A stretch of 64,000 bases of DNA. It comes from Pseudomonadota bacterium (GTDB lineage: Bacteria > Desulfobacterota > Desulfobacteria > Desulfobacterales > JBDRRP01). Positions 39,527-49,133 of the stretch are shown piece after piece. The DNA lies in contig JBDRRP010000158.1 of NCBI GenBank assembly GCA_043825735.1, positions 1 to 64,000 of the forward strand, in the 5' to 3' direction. Under the pieces are notes generated by a model. The model made no database searches, had not been told where the DNA came from, and was given only the letters and a program-made list of their open reading frames with translations. The stretch's first letter is position 1, and every line of letters begins with the position of its first letter. Made by a program: the position numbers and the translations under genes.

Positions 39527-41122
39527 ATGACTAAAAAGCGCCTGGAGCGGGTTCTCTTTGTCTACCCGAACAGCGGAGCCCTGCGGATTCCTCTGGCAGT
39601 GTCCATTCTATCGGCCATCCTCAAGGAGGCCGGCGTAAACGTGCGGGTCTTTGACACCACCTTTTTCAAAATCGAAGAGTCCCTGGACTACACGTTGATG
39701 GAGAAACGGGGCGTGGTCAAGAAAACGCGCCTGGATGAACTGATGGGCGATCTGCCGGCGGTGAACATTTCAGAGCGGATGCGCGCAGCCGTGGACGAAT
39801 TCAATCCGGACCTGACCCTGGTTTCGGTGATGGAGCGTCACTACTGGCTGTTCGATATTCTGGTGCGGGCCTGCAAGCGGGCCAGGCCCGATGTGCCGAT
39901 CATTGCCGGCGGGATTCTGCCGACCCTGAAACCGGAGATGATTCTGGACCACCCCTGCGTGGATTACGTGGCCTACGGCGAGGGAGAGGACTTCGTTCGC
40001 AGCGTGGCGGCGCATTTTCAGGACGCCGCGGCCTTTGCCGACCTGCCCAATCTGATGTTTCGGGATGCGGCCGGCAGGACCCGTGCCAATCCCCACGGAC
40101 CGCTGGCCGACATGAATGCCATCCCCTTTCAGGACTGGCGCGATTTCGATCGGCGCCAGCTGCTCAAACCCTATGAGGGCAACGTCTGGATCGGGGGCTC
40201 GTTCGAGTTGAGCCGCGGGTGCTTCAAGTCATGCACCTTCTGCGTGGCCCCAAAACTACGCTGCGCCTACGGCCCGGAAACGGCCCGCCGCTATCACCGG
40301 ACCAAGGACCCCGAGCGGGCCGTGGCCGAGATCAAGGAGAAGAAAGCGGCTTACAACCTGACCTTTCTGGCCATGTGCGACACCGATTTTCTCTTCGGCG
40401 TCCCTTATGAGACGCTGGTTGAATTCTGCCGGTTGTACAAGGCCGAGGTCGGCATTCCATGGATCATTCAGGCCAGCGCCGAGTCCTTCAGCGAACGAAA
40501 GCTGGCCGCCATCGTCGATGCCGGGTGCATCTCGGCCTCCATCGGGGTGGAGAGCGGCTCGACGCGCATCCGCCGGGAGGTGATCAAAAAGCGCGTCTCC
40601 CTGGAGCGTATCCAGAAGACCTTTGATCTGTGCCGGGCTTACAATTTTCGCACCACGGCCAACTACATGATCGGGCTTCCCTATGAAACTGAAGCCGACG
40701 TGCGCCAGACCATCGCACTGAACCGGAAGATCAATCCGCCCTCGGTGGCTATTACCTATTTTACGCCCTTTCTGGGAACCGAGCTTTACGATCTGTGCGT
40801 GGCCGAAGGCTTTTACGACGGATTCGATCCGAACCAGAACGTCTACAAGTACTCGCCGCTGAAGATGCCCCAGCTTTCCGGAGCCCGGATCGAGGCGCTG
40901 ATCCGCGTCTTCATGGAAGAGTTCGAATCGCATAAGATCGACATTCACAACCTTCCCGATGCGGTGGTGAAACAAAACAACCAGCAGGTGGCGGCGGTCT
41001 ACGGCGCCGGCGGGGAAGGGGCCGGCGGGCCGGCACCGTTTGGCAAACCCGGTGAAAATTTCCGCAGCATCACTTCGGACCGGAGCCTGCGAGGATCTTG
41101 CGAGGCAGCACCATGCAGATGA
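39527..41122 (+). CDS. Cobalamin-dependent radical SAM enzyme
   Basis: IAGGILPT, YGEGE, SRGCFKSCTFC, IGVESGS, YMIGLPYET, FTPFLGTEL; GAGG RBS. Confidence 0.88.
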   Translation: MTKKRLERVLFVYPNSGALRIPLAVSILSAILKEAGVNVRVFDTTFFKIEESLDYTLMEKRGVVKKTRLDELMGDLPAVNISERMRAAVDEFNPDLTLVSVMERHYWLFDILVRACKRARPDVPIIAGGILPTLKPEMILDHPCVDYVAYGEGEDFVRSVAAHFQDAAAFADLPNLMFRDAAGRTRANPHGPLADMNAIPFQDWRDFDRRQLLKPYEGNVWIGGSFELSRGCFKSCTFCVAPKLRCAYGPETARRYHRTKDPERAVAEIKEKKAAYNLTFLAMCDTDFLFGVPYETLVEFCRLYKAEVGIPWIIQASAESFSERKLAAIVDAGCISASIGVESGSTRIRREVIKKRVSLERIQKTFDLCRAYNFRTTANYMIGLPYETEADVRQTIALNRKINPPSVAITYFTPFLGTELYDLCVAEGFYDGFDPNQNVYKYSPLKMPQLSGARIEALIRVFMEEFESHKIDIHNLPDAVVKQNNQQVAAVYGAGGEGAGGPAPFGKPGENFRSITSDRSLRGSCEAAPCR

Positions 41123-42189
41123 ATTCGGGCTCCCGGCCCCCCCTTGTCGACCCATTGGCCATCGATGCGGCTTCGGCCTATATCCGGATTTGCGAGCGAC
41201 TGACCGATCGCATGTTCTGGCCCCTGAAGATGTTCACCGCCCTGAATCTGTTCCTGTGGCATATCGAGGCCTTTGAAAGGGACGAAGATCCCGTTCCCCT
41301 GTTTGTCGAGGTCTTCGCCCGGGCGACCGGATTTCTTCAGCAGGCGGCTGCCTCCGGGCTCGGCATGGCCTCGTTTCCCCCCCCGGCGGCGGTGACCGGC
41401 GCCGAAGATTTCGAGCAGCGGATCTCCGGGCTTTTCAGCGATGTCTGGGTCGAACTGACCGATGACGTCTATTTCGATCAGTCTTATGAATTCACGCGGC
41501 AGCGGCTGGAAAAAAACAGCATTTCGCCGGAAAATCTGTTCGTGTCCAAAGTGGTTCTGGATGCCGGGTGCGGCAGCGGGAAGTTCTCCTGCGCGCTTGC
41601 CCGGTTCGGCGCGGCCCGGGTCATCGGCCTCGATCTTGGCCGAAAGGGGCTCGCGTTTGCCAGGAAACAGGCCGCCAAGGTCGCCTACGGCCACCGGCTC
41701 GACTATCTTTGCGGCAGCCTGCTCGATCTGCCGTTGCCAGACGCCGCGGTCGATCTGGTCTGGTCCAATGGCGTGGTTCACCACACCCGCGACTATGAGC
41801 GATGCATCCGGGAATTCGCCCGGGTGCTGAAACCTTCGGGAAAATTGTTTCTATACGTCAACGGACGCTTCGGCCTTTTCGAAGTACTTCTCGACGCCCT
41901 GCGGATGGCCACCGCCGATGTGCCCAGGCAGCTGTTTCAGCATTTTCTCTTGCTGCTCGGTATCAATTCCGGCCGGATTTACTGGATCATGGACTGCCTC
42001 TATGCCCCCTATGAATGGAAATCCAGAGCAGAAGTGGTGGCCATGCTCAAAGCAAACGGTTTTACCCAAATCAGGCAGTTGACCCGCGGGGTCGCCATCG
42101 ACCAGATCGAACAGGTCTCGGCCGGACTGCCCTATGCCGAAGTCAAATACGGCGAAGCCCAGTTGAAATTCATCGCCACCCGGATCTGA
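41113..42189 (+). CDS. Class I SAM methyltransferase
   Basis: VLDAGCGSG, GLDLG, DLVWSNGVVHH, RVLKPSG; start 41113 or 41119. Confidence 0.88.
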   Translation: MQMNSGSRPPLVDPLAIDAASAYIRICERLTDRMFWPLKMFTALNLFLWHIEAFERDEDPVPLFVEVFARATGFLQQAAASGLGMASFPPPAAVTGAEDFEQRISGLFSDVWVELTDDVYFDQSYEFTRQRLEKNSISPENLFVSKVVLDAGCGSGKFSCALARFGAARVIGLDLGRKGLAFARKQAAKVAYGHRLDYLCGSLLDLPLPDAAVDLVWSNGVVHHTRDYERCIREFARVLKPSGKLFLYVNGRFGLFEVLLDALRMATADVPRQLFQHFLLLLGINSGRIYWIMDCLYAPYEWKSRAEVVAMLKANGFTQIRQLTRGVAIDQIEQVSAGLPYAEVKYGEAQLKFIATRI

Positions 42190-42232
42190 TCCGGGCGAGT
42201 TCACCGCGCAGTTGTCGGCGCCGGAGCATGTC

Positions 42233-44704
42233 ATGGCAAGCAATGACCGGATATTTCTTTTTTGGGGAGAAGACCTTCGGCAGTTCAAGCCCGGACTGCT
42301 TGACGCGCACGCGCGCGCCGGAGACACCCTGCTTCCGGTCAACGCCGAGGCAATGCATGCGGCACAAGCAGCCGGACTTTCCATTGTGCTGCCCGAAGCA
42401 TGGCTCGGCACGGAGGAAACCCTGAACGCCCGATGGGCGGCTGACGACTGGGAAGCGCGCTGGTTCGAACCGTCCCGGGAGGCCCTTTCCTCGGACGGTA
42501 TCTGCTGGCCGGTTTTCGACAAGGAGGCCCTGAACTGGTACTGGCGGGACGTGACCCTGGCCGACGCCCTGGTCCGGGCCTGTCGGACGCGGGGCGTGGA
42601 AAAAGTCTCTCTCGTTCTCAACAACCCCTTGCGCCCGGCCCTGGGTTATGGGCGCTCGGACGTGCCCGGCCATCTGATGCGCGCGGCCCTGGGTGACCGG
42701 GTGGCGGTGCGTGAAACCGCCCACGACCCCTGGCCGGCCATCCTCTCTTCGGCCATTGACTTGGACCGGCTTCGGAAGGGGACCGAAACCTTCACCCCGG
42801 ACCGGATCGCGGGGAAAATCGTTTTAGCGCTGAATCCGGGCGAGTTTCACCGGTTCACCCCGGTCATCCAGGAACTCTGCCGCCGGTTTCCCGGCCGGGT
42901 GACGGTGGTTGCCCTGTGGCCTTCGCCGGCAGAAACTGCGACCTTGGCTCGGACCTGTCCGGCCGAAGTCCTCACCCCGGCTCTGGCGCCTGCCGTGGAC
43001 CCGGATATTGGCAAACGATTCTTTGCCGGATACCTGAAGGCCACTGCCTCCGCCGGAGGACAGCCCTGGGGAGAGGCCCTGGCCCTGACCCGATTTCAGT
43101 TCGAATATTACTGCGTTTTCCGGCTGCCGGTCCTGGCCAACAATTACCGGTCGTGGTCGGCATTGTGGCAGGCCTATCCACCGGCGGTGGTGATTACCAG
43201 CAGCCTGTCCGACAGCGAAGCCCAACTGCCTGCTCTTGCCGCCGACCGGGCGGATGTCCCCACGGTTTCGTTGCCTCACGGCGGATTCGGGGCAAGGGAG
43301 CAGGACTGCCACGCCCGGACCGTGCTCTATAACTGCGTGCCGACGCGCCGGGTCTACGAAGCGGCCGGCATCGCGGCCGGTCGCCTCCGTCCCTGCCGGG
43401 AGGTTATCGCCGAGAACGAATACCCCACCCGGACCGGGGCGGTCTTCAGCCGGGGAAAGGCAGGGCGGATTCTCGTGCTGACCAATCCGGTCAAGTTTGA
43501 CACCTGCCTTTTCAACACTACGCTGATTGGCAGCCAGATGGCGGCCTTGAAGGCCATCGCCACCCCTCCGGCGCATCTTGTTGGAAAAGTGGACCTGGCC
43601 GTAAAAACCCATCCGAGCCGCCACGACCGGTCCTTGTTCGAACTGGCCGGGGAGGATCTGGCCCGGAGGGTGCTCCCCTCGGATCTTCCTCTATCCGACG
43701 CTCTGGAGCGGACCGACCTGGTGGTGGCTCTGAACTATCCGGGCACTGCTCTGATCTACACCCTGCGGCGGCGAAGGGCGGTAATATTCTTCTGGAACGA
43801 CCCGCTCCTGCTCCAAAGAAGCCATTCCTACCGCCACGCCCATTTGATGCTGGAAGCCGGTGACTTCGTGAAGACAGCCGAGGGGCTCTGGCAGGCCGTG
43901 GAACGCTTTTTCAGCGATCCGGCCTACGCGGCGATGCTACGGGAAAGGGCCGACGCCTTTGCCAGAGAGCAATTCGACACCGATGACTTTCCCACCATCG
44001 GCCAAGTGATGGAAACGCTGATCCCACCTGACCGTGTTTACCCCAAAAGAGAGGTTCTCGTGGAATCCACTGGCGTTGAAACGATGCCGCTTCCCCAGGC
44101 TTTTCCCCAAGCGGTCCGACAGCCGGTGAACCTGGCCGGGTACAACGTCGCCGACAGCAGCATGCGGCTGGCGGAACTGCGCACCTTGTGCACCATGGTC
44201 CAGTGGCGCAATCCCCAGAGAATCTTCGAAATCGGCACCTTTCGGGGCGCTACGACACTTTTGCTGGCCGCCAACAGCAACGCCCGGATCCATACACTGG
44301 ATCTCCCGCCCCTAGGGCATCCAGAGTACACTCCGCCCCAAGTGGAGAACCCGGAGCACGACGTCTACCCGGAAAAGCCGGGGATCTGCTTCCGTAGCAC
44401 CGATCACGCTCGGCGCATCGAGCAGCTCTACGGGAACAGTCGGACCTTCGACTTCAGCCCCTTTTTCGGCCAGATAGATTTCGTCTTCGTCAACGGGGCC
44501 CATCATTTCGATGCGGTCCTTCACGACAGCATGAACGCCTTCCGGCTTATCGGCGAGCAGGGGGTCATCTTCTGGCACGACTACGCCGAATACGCTCCGG
44601 AGGTGATGCGCGCCCTTCAGACCGTGGCCAACCGGTTTCCTTTGGTCCATATCGAGGGAACCAGTCTGGCTGTTTACGGCGCCCCGGGTCCGGAAAAGAC
44701 CTGA
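42233..44704 (+). CDS. Putative GT-B transferase fused to a C-terminal Methyltransf_24-like domain
   Basis: N-part has SLPHGG and VKTHPS motifs; C-part has IFEIGTFRG, TLDLP, GNSRTFDFS, FVNGAH, FWHDY; GGAG RBS. Confidence 0.7.
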   Translation: MASNDRIFLFWGEDLRQFKPGLLDAHARAGDTLLPVNAEAMHAAQAAGLSIVLPEAWLGTEETLNARWAADDWEARWFEPSREALSSDGICWPVFDKEALNWYWRDVTLADALVRACRTRGVEKVSLVLNNPLRPALGYGRSDVPGHLMRAALGDRVAVRETAHDPWPAILSSAIDLDRLRKGTETFTPDRIAGKIVLALNPGEFHRFTPVIQELCRRFPGRVTVVALWPSPAETATLARTCPAEVLTPALAPAVDPDIGKRFFAGYLKATASAGGQPWGEALALTRFQFEYYCVFRLPVLANNYRSWSALWQAYPPAVVITSSLSDSEAQLPALAADRADVPTVSLPHGGFGAREQDCHARTVLYNCVPTRRVYEAAGIAAGRLRPCREVIAENEYPTRTGAVFSRGKAGRILVLTNPVKFDTCLFNTTLIGSQMAALKAIATPPAHLVGKVDLAVKTHPSRHDRSLFELAGEDLARRVLPSDLPLSDALERTDLVVALNYPGTALIYTLRRRRAVIFFWNDPLLLQRSHSYRHAHLMLEAGDFVKTAEGLWQAVERFFSDPAYAAMLRERADAFAREQFDTDDFPTIGQVMETLIPPDRVYPKREVLVESTGVETMPLPQAFPQAVRQPVNLAGYNVADSSMRLAELRTLCTMVQWRNPQRIFEIGTFRGATTLLLAANSNARIHTLDLPPLGHPEYTPPQVENPEHDVYPEKPGICFRSTDHARRIEQLYGNSRTFDFSPFFGQIDFVFVNGAHHFDAVLHDSMNAFRLIGEQGVIFWHDYAEYAPEVMRALQTVANRFPLVHIEGTSLAVYGAPGPEKT

Positions 44705-44755
44705 CAGCAGTGCGCCGGGTGACTTTCCGGAGACCCGACCAGCGGCCCCGAATTT

Positions 44756-44769
44756 GTCAATGAATTGAC
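44756..44769. promoter_or_regulatory. FleQ-type enhancer box
   Basis: GTCAATGAATTGAC, identical to 16475-16488, about 170 bp upstream of the 44941 sigma54 site. Confidence 0.65.
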
Positions 44770-44940
44770 ACCCCCCCTACACGGGTCTCCAGTCTGTGGC
44801 GCTCCATCGATCCGAGGGGTGGCAGCGCCAGCTTCCGCCCCGCCCCTTTCCTGCCCCGGTTCCCAGCCGATACCCCATCGATGGCGGGTTTTTCTCCTGC
44901 CGGCCCGCTATTCATGGCGGATTTCCGATATTTAAAACAC

Positions 44941-44956
44941 AGGCATAAAGATTGCA
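44941..44956 (+). promoter_or_regulatory. Putative sigma54 promoter of the second glycosylation operon
   Basis: AGGCATAAAGATTGCA with canonical spacing; implies the CDS starts at 45007 or 45022, not 44881. Confidence 0.6.
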
Positions 44957-45006
44957 ATGATGCCGGTAGGCGGATTGAACTTGCCGCCTCGGAAGGCGGC
45001 TCACCG

Positions 45007-47940
45007 ATGCAAAGGCGATTGATGGAAAAGGCGACCGTGACAACACAACACTCCTTTGACCGGGACGAACTCCTGGGCCCTTGGCCTGCATTGCCGGAGG
45101 ATACGGCCATGGCTGTGCTGAAAGCCGAGGTGGCACGACGCCGGCCGAAGACGATATTTGAGATCGCCGTCCGGCGCGAGGCCGTAACTCCCGGTTTCTG
45201 CCGGGATCTGGCATCGACGGTGATCTGCCTGGGAAAAGACAGGGCGGTCCAGAGCCCGACCGCCGCCGCAAACGAAGCGGTTTTGATCCTGCATCGGGTA
45301 GAAAATTCGAAAGACTTCGATTTTTCAGCGTATTACGGGACCGTGGACCTGGTGGTGCTCGATGCGGCGTCCCGGGAAGCGGACCTGCTCCGCGAAAGCA
45401 TGCACGCCTTTCGAATGATAAAGCCGGATGGTCGGATCGCCTGGCTTCGGCCGCAAATTTTGGATGAAGCGCGTCGCAGGGGGTTTGCGCGCATGGAAGC
45501 CCGATTTCTCCTACACCATGCCGATCGTGCAGGGCTGACCCTTTATGGTTTCGCATCGGTAGATCCGGCCGCTTCCGGTTCCGATACGGCTCAGGAGGCA
45601 TCCATCGCGCTTTCGGTGGTCATTCCCACCCGGAACGGCGCCGACCGACTCGGGGCCGCCCTGGAAAGCGCCCTGCACCAGACCCTGGCCGCCGACGTTT
45701 ACGAGGTCGTCGTTGTAGACAACGGGTCAACCGACCGGACCTCCGATCTGGTGAAGGACTGGATCCGGCGCGTGGGCGACCGGGTCCGTTACATCTGCGA
45801 GACTGCACCGGGACTGGCCAACGCCCGTCATGCCGGGGCCCGCGCCGCCAAGGGCGAGATCCTATGCTACCTTGATGACGACGCCGTGGCCGCTCCCGGA
45901 TGGCTCGAAGCGATACGGGACGCCTTCAAAGCGGTCGACGTCGCGCTGGTGGGCGGAAGGATTCTTCCCCGTTTTCACGGGACACCTCCGCCCTGGCTCC
46001 AACGATTCTGGTATACGACCCCGTCGGGAAAGAGCATGGGGGTACTGAGCCTTCTCGATTTCGGCGATAGGGAGCGCGACATCGATCCGGATTTTGTCTG
46101 GGGGTGCAACTACGCCGTTCGAAAAGAGGTGCTGATGCGGGCGGGGGGGTTCCACCCGGACGCCCTTCCCCGGGACCTGATCCGCTACCGCGGTGACGGC
46201 GAAGTGGGCCTTTCCCGAAAAATCCGCAAGCTCGGCTACCGGGCCCGTTACCATCCGGGCGCCACCGTGGAACACTGCATTTCAGCAACGCGCCTGACTC
46301 CCGGTTATTTTTGCCGGCGCCAGTTCAACGAAGGCATTTCGGCCTCTTTCACCCGAATCCGAAAACAAGGGCCGCCCCGAAACTGCGATTTCTCCGCTGA
46401 CCTGCTGGAAGGGATGGAATCTTACATGGCGGCGCTTTTTGACCCTCAGGCGGTGGAAAGCATGGCGGCTCCGGCCGACCTCGAAGAGGCGATGGCCCTG
46501 GCTCATGAATACGGCCGGCTCTATCACATCCACCAGGCGGTTTCCGACGCGGAGTTCCTATCTCACGTTTGCCGGCCGGATTACATGACCCCCGCCGTGA
46601 TGACACCCCCGGCAGGTTTCGGCGCCGCGAAAGGAGAGGGCGGTCTCCTTCCGTCTGGGGCGATGGGGCGGAGGGCCGCAGAAAATTACCGTGCCGGACT
46701 GTGGCTGGCGGAGAACGGGCTTCACCGCCTTGCCTTGAAAATGCTCTCACTCGCGGAACAGGGCGACGTGAAGCCGGCGGGCACCGATTACGTCCGGGCT
46801 GTGAGCTTCATGGAAATCGGAGACATCGCGGGTGCCGAAAGCGCTCTGGACCGGGAGCCGTGGGAGAGTCACGTGCGGCCTCATGCCGACGCACTTTACG
46901 GGCGAATTCACCGGATCTACGGGGAGCAGCGGATGGCCCTGCTGACAAACCCGCCGAAGGGCTGCGAGGTGGAGCTCGACCGATTGCCCCTGACCCTGGC
47001 CAATGCCGTTATCTACATCACCGATCAGTGCAACAGCCGATGCATCACCTGCAATGCCTGGAAAAACACCGCAGAAAAGAGCCTAGAAACGGACCATTGG
47101 AAACGGGCGCTGTCCCGGATCCGCGACGCCGGTATTTCGGCTGTGGAATTCGTCGGCGGTGAGCCACTGCTGCGCCCCGACCTGACGGAACTCATCGCCG
47201 AGGCACGGCGTCTCGGTTTTACCTCCATTCTGGTGAGTACCAACGGTTTTCTGCTGGATGAGGCTCGCCAGGAGCGGCTACTGGCCGCCGGGGCCAACAG
47301 CTTTCACATTTCCCTGGACGGTTTCGGTGGAATCTACCACACCATACGGGGGCGGGATTGGTCCGAACGGGTCGAAAAGACCATCCGGCGCCTAGCCTGG
47401 ACCGGTGTGGATCTGCTGGTCCTGACCACGCTGACCCGGAAAAACCTCGACGAACTGTTGCCGATCGTCAGTTTCGTCCAGGATGTCGGGGCGCGGTGGT
47501 TTCCCAATATTTTGGAAAACGGAAAATACCTGTTCAAGGGGATCGACACGAGGGACCTGATCATTGCGGATCCCTCTGACGTGGCTCGGCTGGTGGCGTC
47601 GCTGGAGACGCTGCTGGCCAGGTTCTCCCAGTTCATGGCCATGGGCCGTCCGGACATCGAATACATCCGTCAGTATCTGCTGCACCCGGAACTGGAAAAG
47701 CGGATTCCGTGCACCCTGGGATTTGAGGCGATCTACTTCGATCCCCGGGGCAATCTCTTCCCGGCCTGCATGTCCTTGAAACCCGTTGGCAACCTTCTTG
47801 AAGACGACCTGACCGCTCTAATCGGTTCCGAGCGGATGCGCCGCAGGCTGCGTGCCATGGTTGAGCGCCGATGCCCGGGATGCACTTGTGGCTACAGCCA
47901 GCGGGCCCAATACATGGACCGAATGAGGCCGAGGCCATGA
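45007..47940 (+). CDS. Fusion protein: decayed methyltransferase domain + GT2 glycosyltransferase + TPR-like helices + radical SAM domain
   Basis: SVVIPTRN, VVDNGSTD, YLDDD, WGCNY (GT2); CNSRCITC, GGEPLLR, STNG, CTLG...PAC...CPGCTC (radical SAM). Confidence 0.85.
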   Translation: MQRRLMEKATVTTQHSFDRDELLGPWPALPEDTAMAVLKAEVARRRPKTIFEIAVRREAVTPGFCRDLASTVICLGKDRAVQSPTAAANEAVLILHRVENSKDFDFSAYYGTVDLVVLDAASREADLLRESMHAFRMIKPDGRIAWLRPQILDEARRRGFARMEARFLLHHADRAGLTLYGFASVDPAASGSDTAQEASIALSVVIPTRNGADRLGAALESALHQTLAADVYEVVVVDNGSTDRTSDLVKDWIRRVGDRVRYICETAPGLANARHAGARAAKGEILCYLDDDAVAAPGWLEAIRDAFKAVDVALVGGRILPRFHGTPPPWLQRFWYTTPSGKSMGVLSLLDFGDRERDIDPDFVWGCNYAVRKEVLMRAGGFHPDALPRDLIRYRGDGEVGLSRKIRKLGYRARYHPGATVEHCISATRLTPGYFCRRQFNEGISASFTRIRKQGPPRNCDFSADLLEGMESYMAALFDPQAVESMAAPADLEEAMALAHEYGRLYHIHQAVSDAEFLSHVCRPDYMTPAVMTPPAGFGAAKGEGGLLPSGAMGRRAAENYRAGLWLAENGLHRLALKMLSLAEQGDVKPAGTDYVRAVSFMEIGDIAGAESALDREPWESHVRPHADALYGRIHRIYGEQRMALLTNPPKGCEVELDRLPLTLANAVIYITDQCNSRCITCNAWKNTAEKSLETDHWKRALSRIRDAGISAVEFVGGEPLLRPDLTELIAEARRLGFTSILVSTNGFLLDEARQERLLAAGANSFHISLDGFGGIYHTIRGRDWSERVEKTIRRLAWTGVDLLVLTTLTRKNLDELLPIVSFVQDVGARWFPNILENGKYLFKGIDTRDLIIADPSDVARLVASLETLLARFSQFMAMGRPDIEYIRQYLLHPELEKRIPCTLGFEAIYFDPRGNLFPACMSLKPVGNLLEDDLTALIGSERMRRRLRAMVERRCPGCTCGYSQRAQYMDRMRPRP

Positions 47941-48359
47941 ACAAGCCCCATATCGAACAGATCTTCGACGAGTACCGGATGATCGCCATCATCATCTCCG
48001 CGGAGTATCGAAGCGATGGGATCGAGTTTTTCACGCCCCACAACTTTTCCCAGCAATTGGCCTCAATGCGACGGCCCAAAGGATACCGGATTCTGCCGCA
48101 CGTTCACAAGGCCGTGCCGCGAAATGTGCGCTACACCCAGGAGACGCTCATCATCAAGTCGGGAAAGGTGCTGGTCAATTTCTACGACGAGAAAAAACGC
48201 TTTCTGGAGAGCCGCAACCTCAAATCGGGCGATGTGGTTTTACTGGTCTCCGGAGGACACGAATTCGTCATGCTCGAAGAAACGGAGATGATCGAAGTCA
48301 AGCAAGGCCCCTATTCGGGAGATGACGACAAAGAGCAGTTTGAAGGGCGGACGATATGA
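47937..48359 (+). CDS. Cupin-fold protein (sugar-locus associated)
   Basis: ILPHVH...TQETL, GGHEF, EVKQGPY; ATGA overlap. Confidence 0.8.
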   Translation: MNKPHIEQIFDEYRMIAIIISAEYRSDGIEFFTPHNFSQQLASMRRPKGYRILPHVHKAVPRNVRYTQETLIIKSGKVLVNFYDEKKRFLESRNLKSGDVVLLVSGGHEFVMLEETEMIEVKQGPYSGDDDKEQFEGRTI

Positions 48360-49084
48360 GCGGTCCCGTCCCGGTCAGAAGCCGGTTCGGCGCCGCTGCG
48401 GCCACCGCGCGCAGCGGCTCGGCCAGTGTCTACGGCGAGCCCTTGGTCAATGCACACTGCCCCGAATTCGAGGTGAACAAATGGGCCTTGTCCGAATTCG
48501 TGGTGCGCCGGCTGCTGCCCGTCGTGGGCATCCACCCGTTTCCGCTCGACGAGCTGTTGCTGATGAGCGCTGCCGTATGCCGGCTGCGGCCGCGGCACAT
48601 CTTCGAATGGGGGACCAATGTGGGAAAGTCGGCACGGATCTTTTACGAGACCCTCAAGTGGTTTGGGCTCTGCGCTACGGTCCACAGCATCGATCTGCCG
48701 GAGCATGTCTCCCACGCGGAGCACCCCGGCCAGCAGCGCGGCCGACTGGTGCTGGGCCTTGAATCGGTCCGGCTCTACCAGGGCGACGGATTGGACACCG
48801 CCCTGTCGCTGGGGCGCGAGCTGGCCCACCAGCCGCCGTTTCTGTTTTTTCTCGACGGAGACCACAGCGAGTCGTCCGTGACCCGCGAGCTTCGCGGCGT
48901 TGCCGGGGCCTTTCCCGAGGCCGCCATGCTGGTCCACGACACTTTCTACCAGGCGCCGGAATCCGACTACTGCACCGACCCCCATGCGGCCGTCGGAAAA
49001 TTCCTGGCACAGGGATCGCGCCCGTACGCGACCGTCACCGCCGCCACCGGGCTTCCCGGGATGACGCTGCTGTTTCTGAAATGA
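48356..49084 (+). CDS. Methyltransf_24-like class I SAM methyltransferase
   Basis: IFEWGTNVGKS, HSIDLP, FLDGDHS, LVHDT; ATGA overlap. Confidence 0.8.
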   Translation: MSGPVPVRSRFGAAAATARSGSASVYGEPLVNAHCPEFEVNKWALSEFVVRRLLPVVGIHPFPLDELLLMSAAVCRLRPRHIFEWGTNVGKSARIFYETLKWFGLCATVHSIDLPEHVSHAEHPGQQRGRLVLGLESVRLYQGDGLDTALSLGRELAHQPPFLFFLDGDHSESSVTRELRGVAGAFPEAAMLVHDTFYQAPESDYCTDPHAAVGKFLAQGSRPYATVTAATGLPGMTLLFLK

Positions 49085-49133
49085 GCGGGGCCGGGGCGTC
49101 GATCGCCGCTGCAGACCTTCAAGGAATGTTGAG

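Noticed and set aside
28029..44881. Upstream-extended starts in the ORF track (28029, 29261, 30034, 34367, 36203, 36919, 37742, 39473, 44881)
   Set aside because: The extensions overlap upstream genes or promoters; internal ATGs with RBS or ATGA coupling match the domain starts
23124..47940. RiPP cluster interpretation of the SPASM radical SAM enzymes
   Set aside because: No precursor peptide, PqqD/RRE domain, protease or exporter was seen; all neighbours are sugar-nucleotide enzymes
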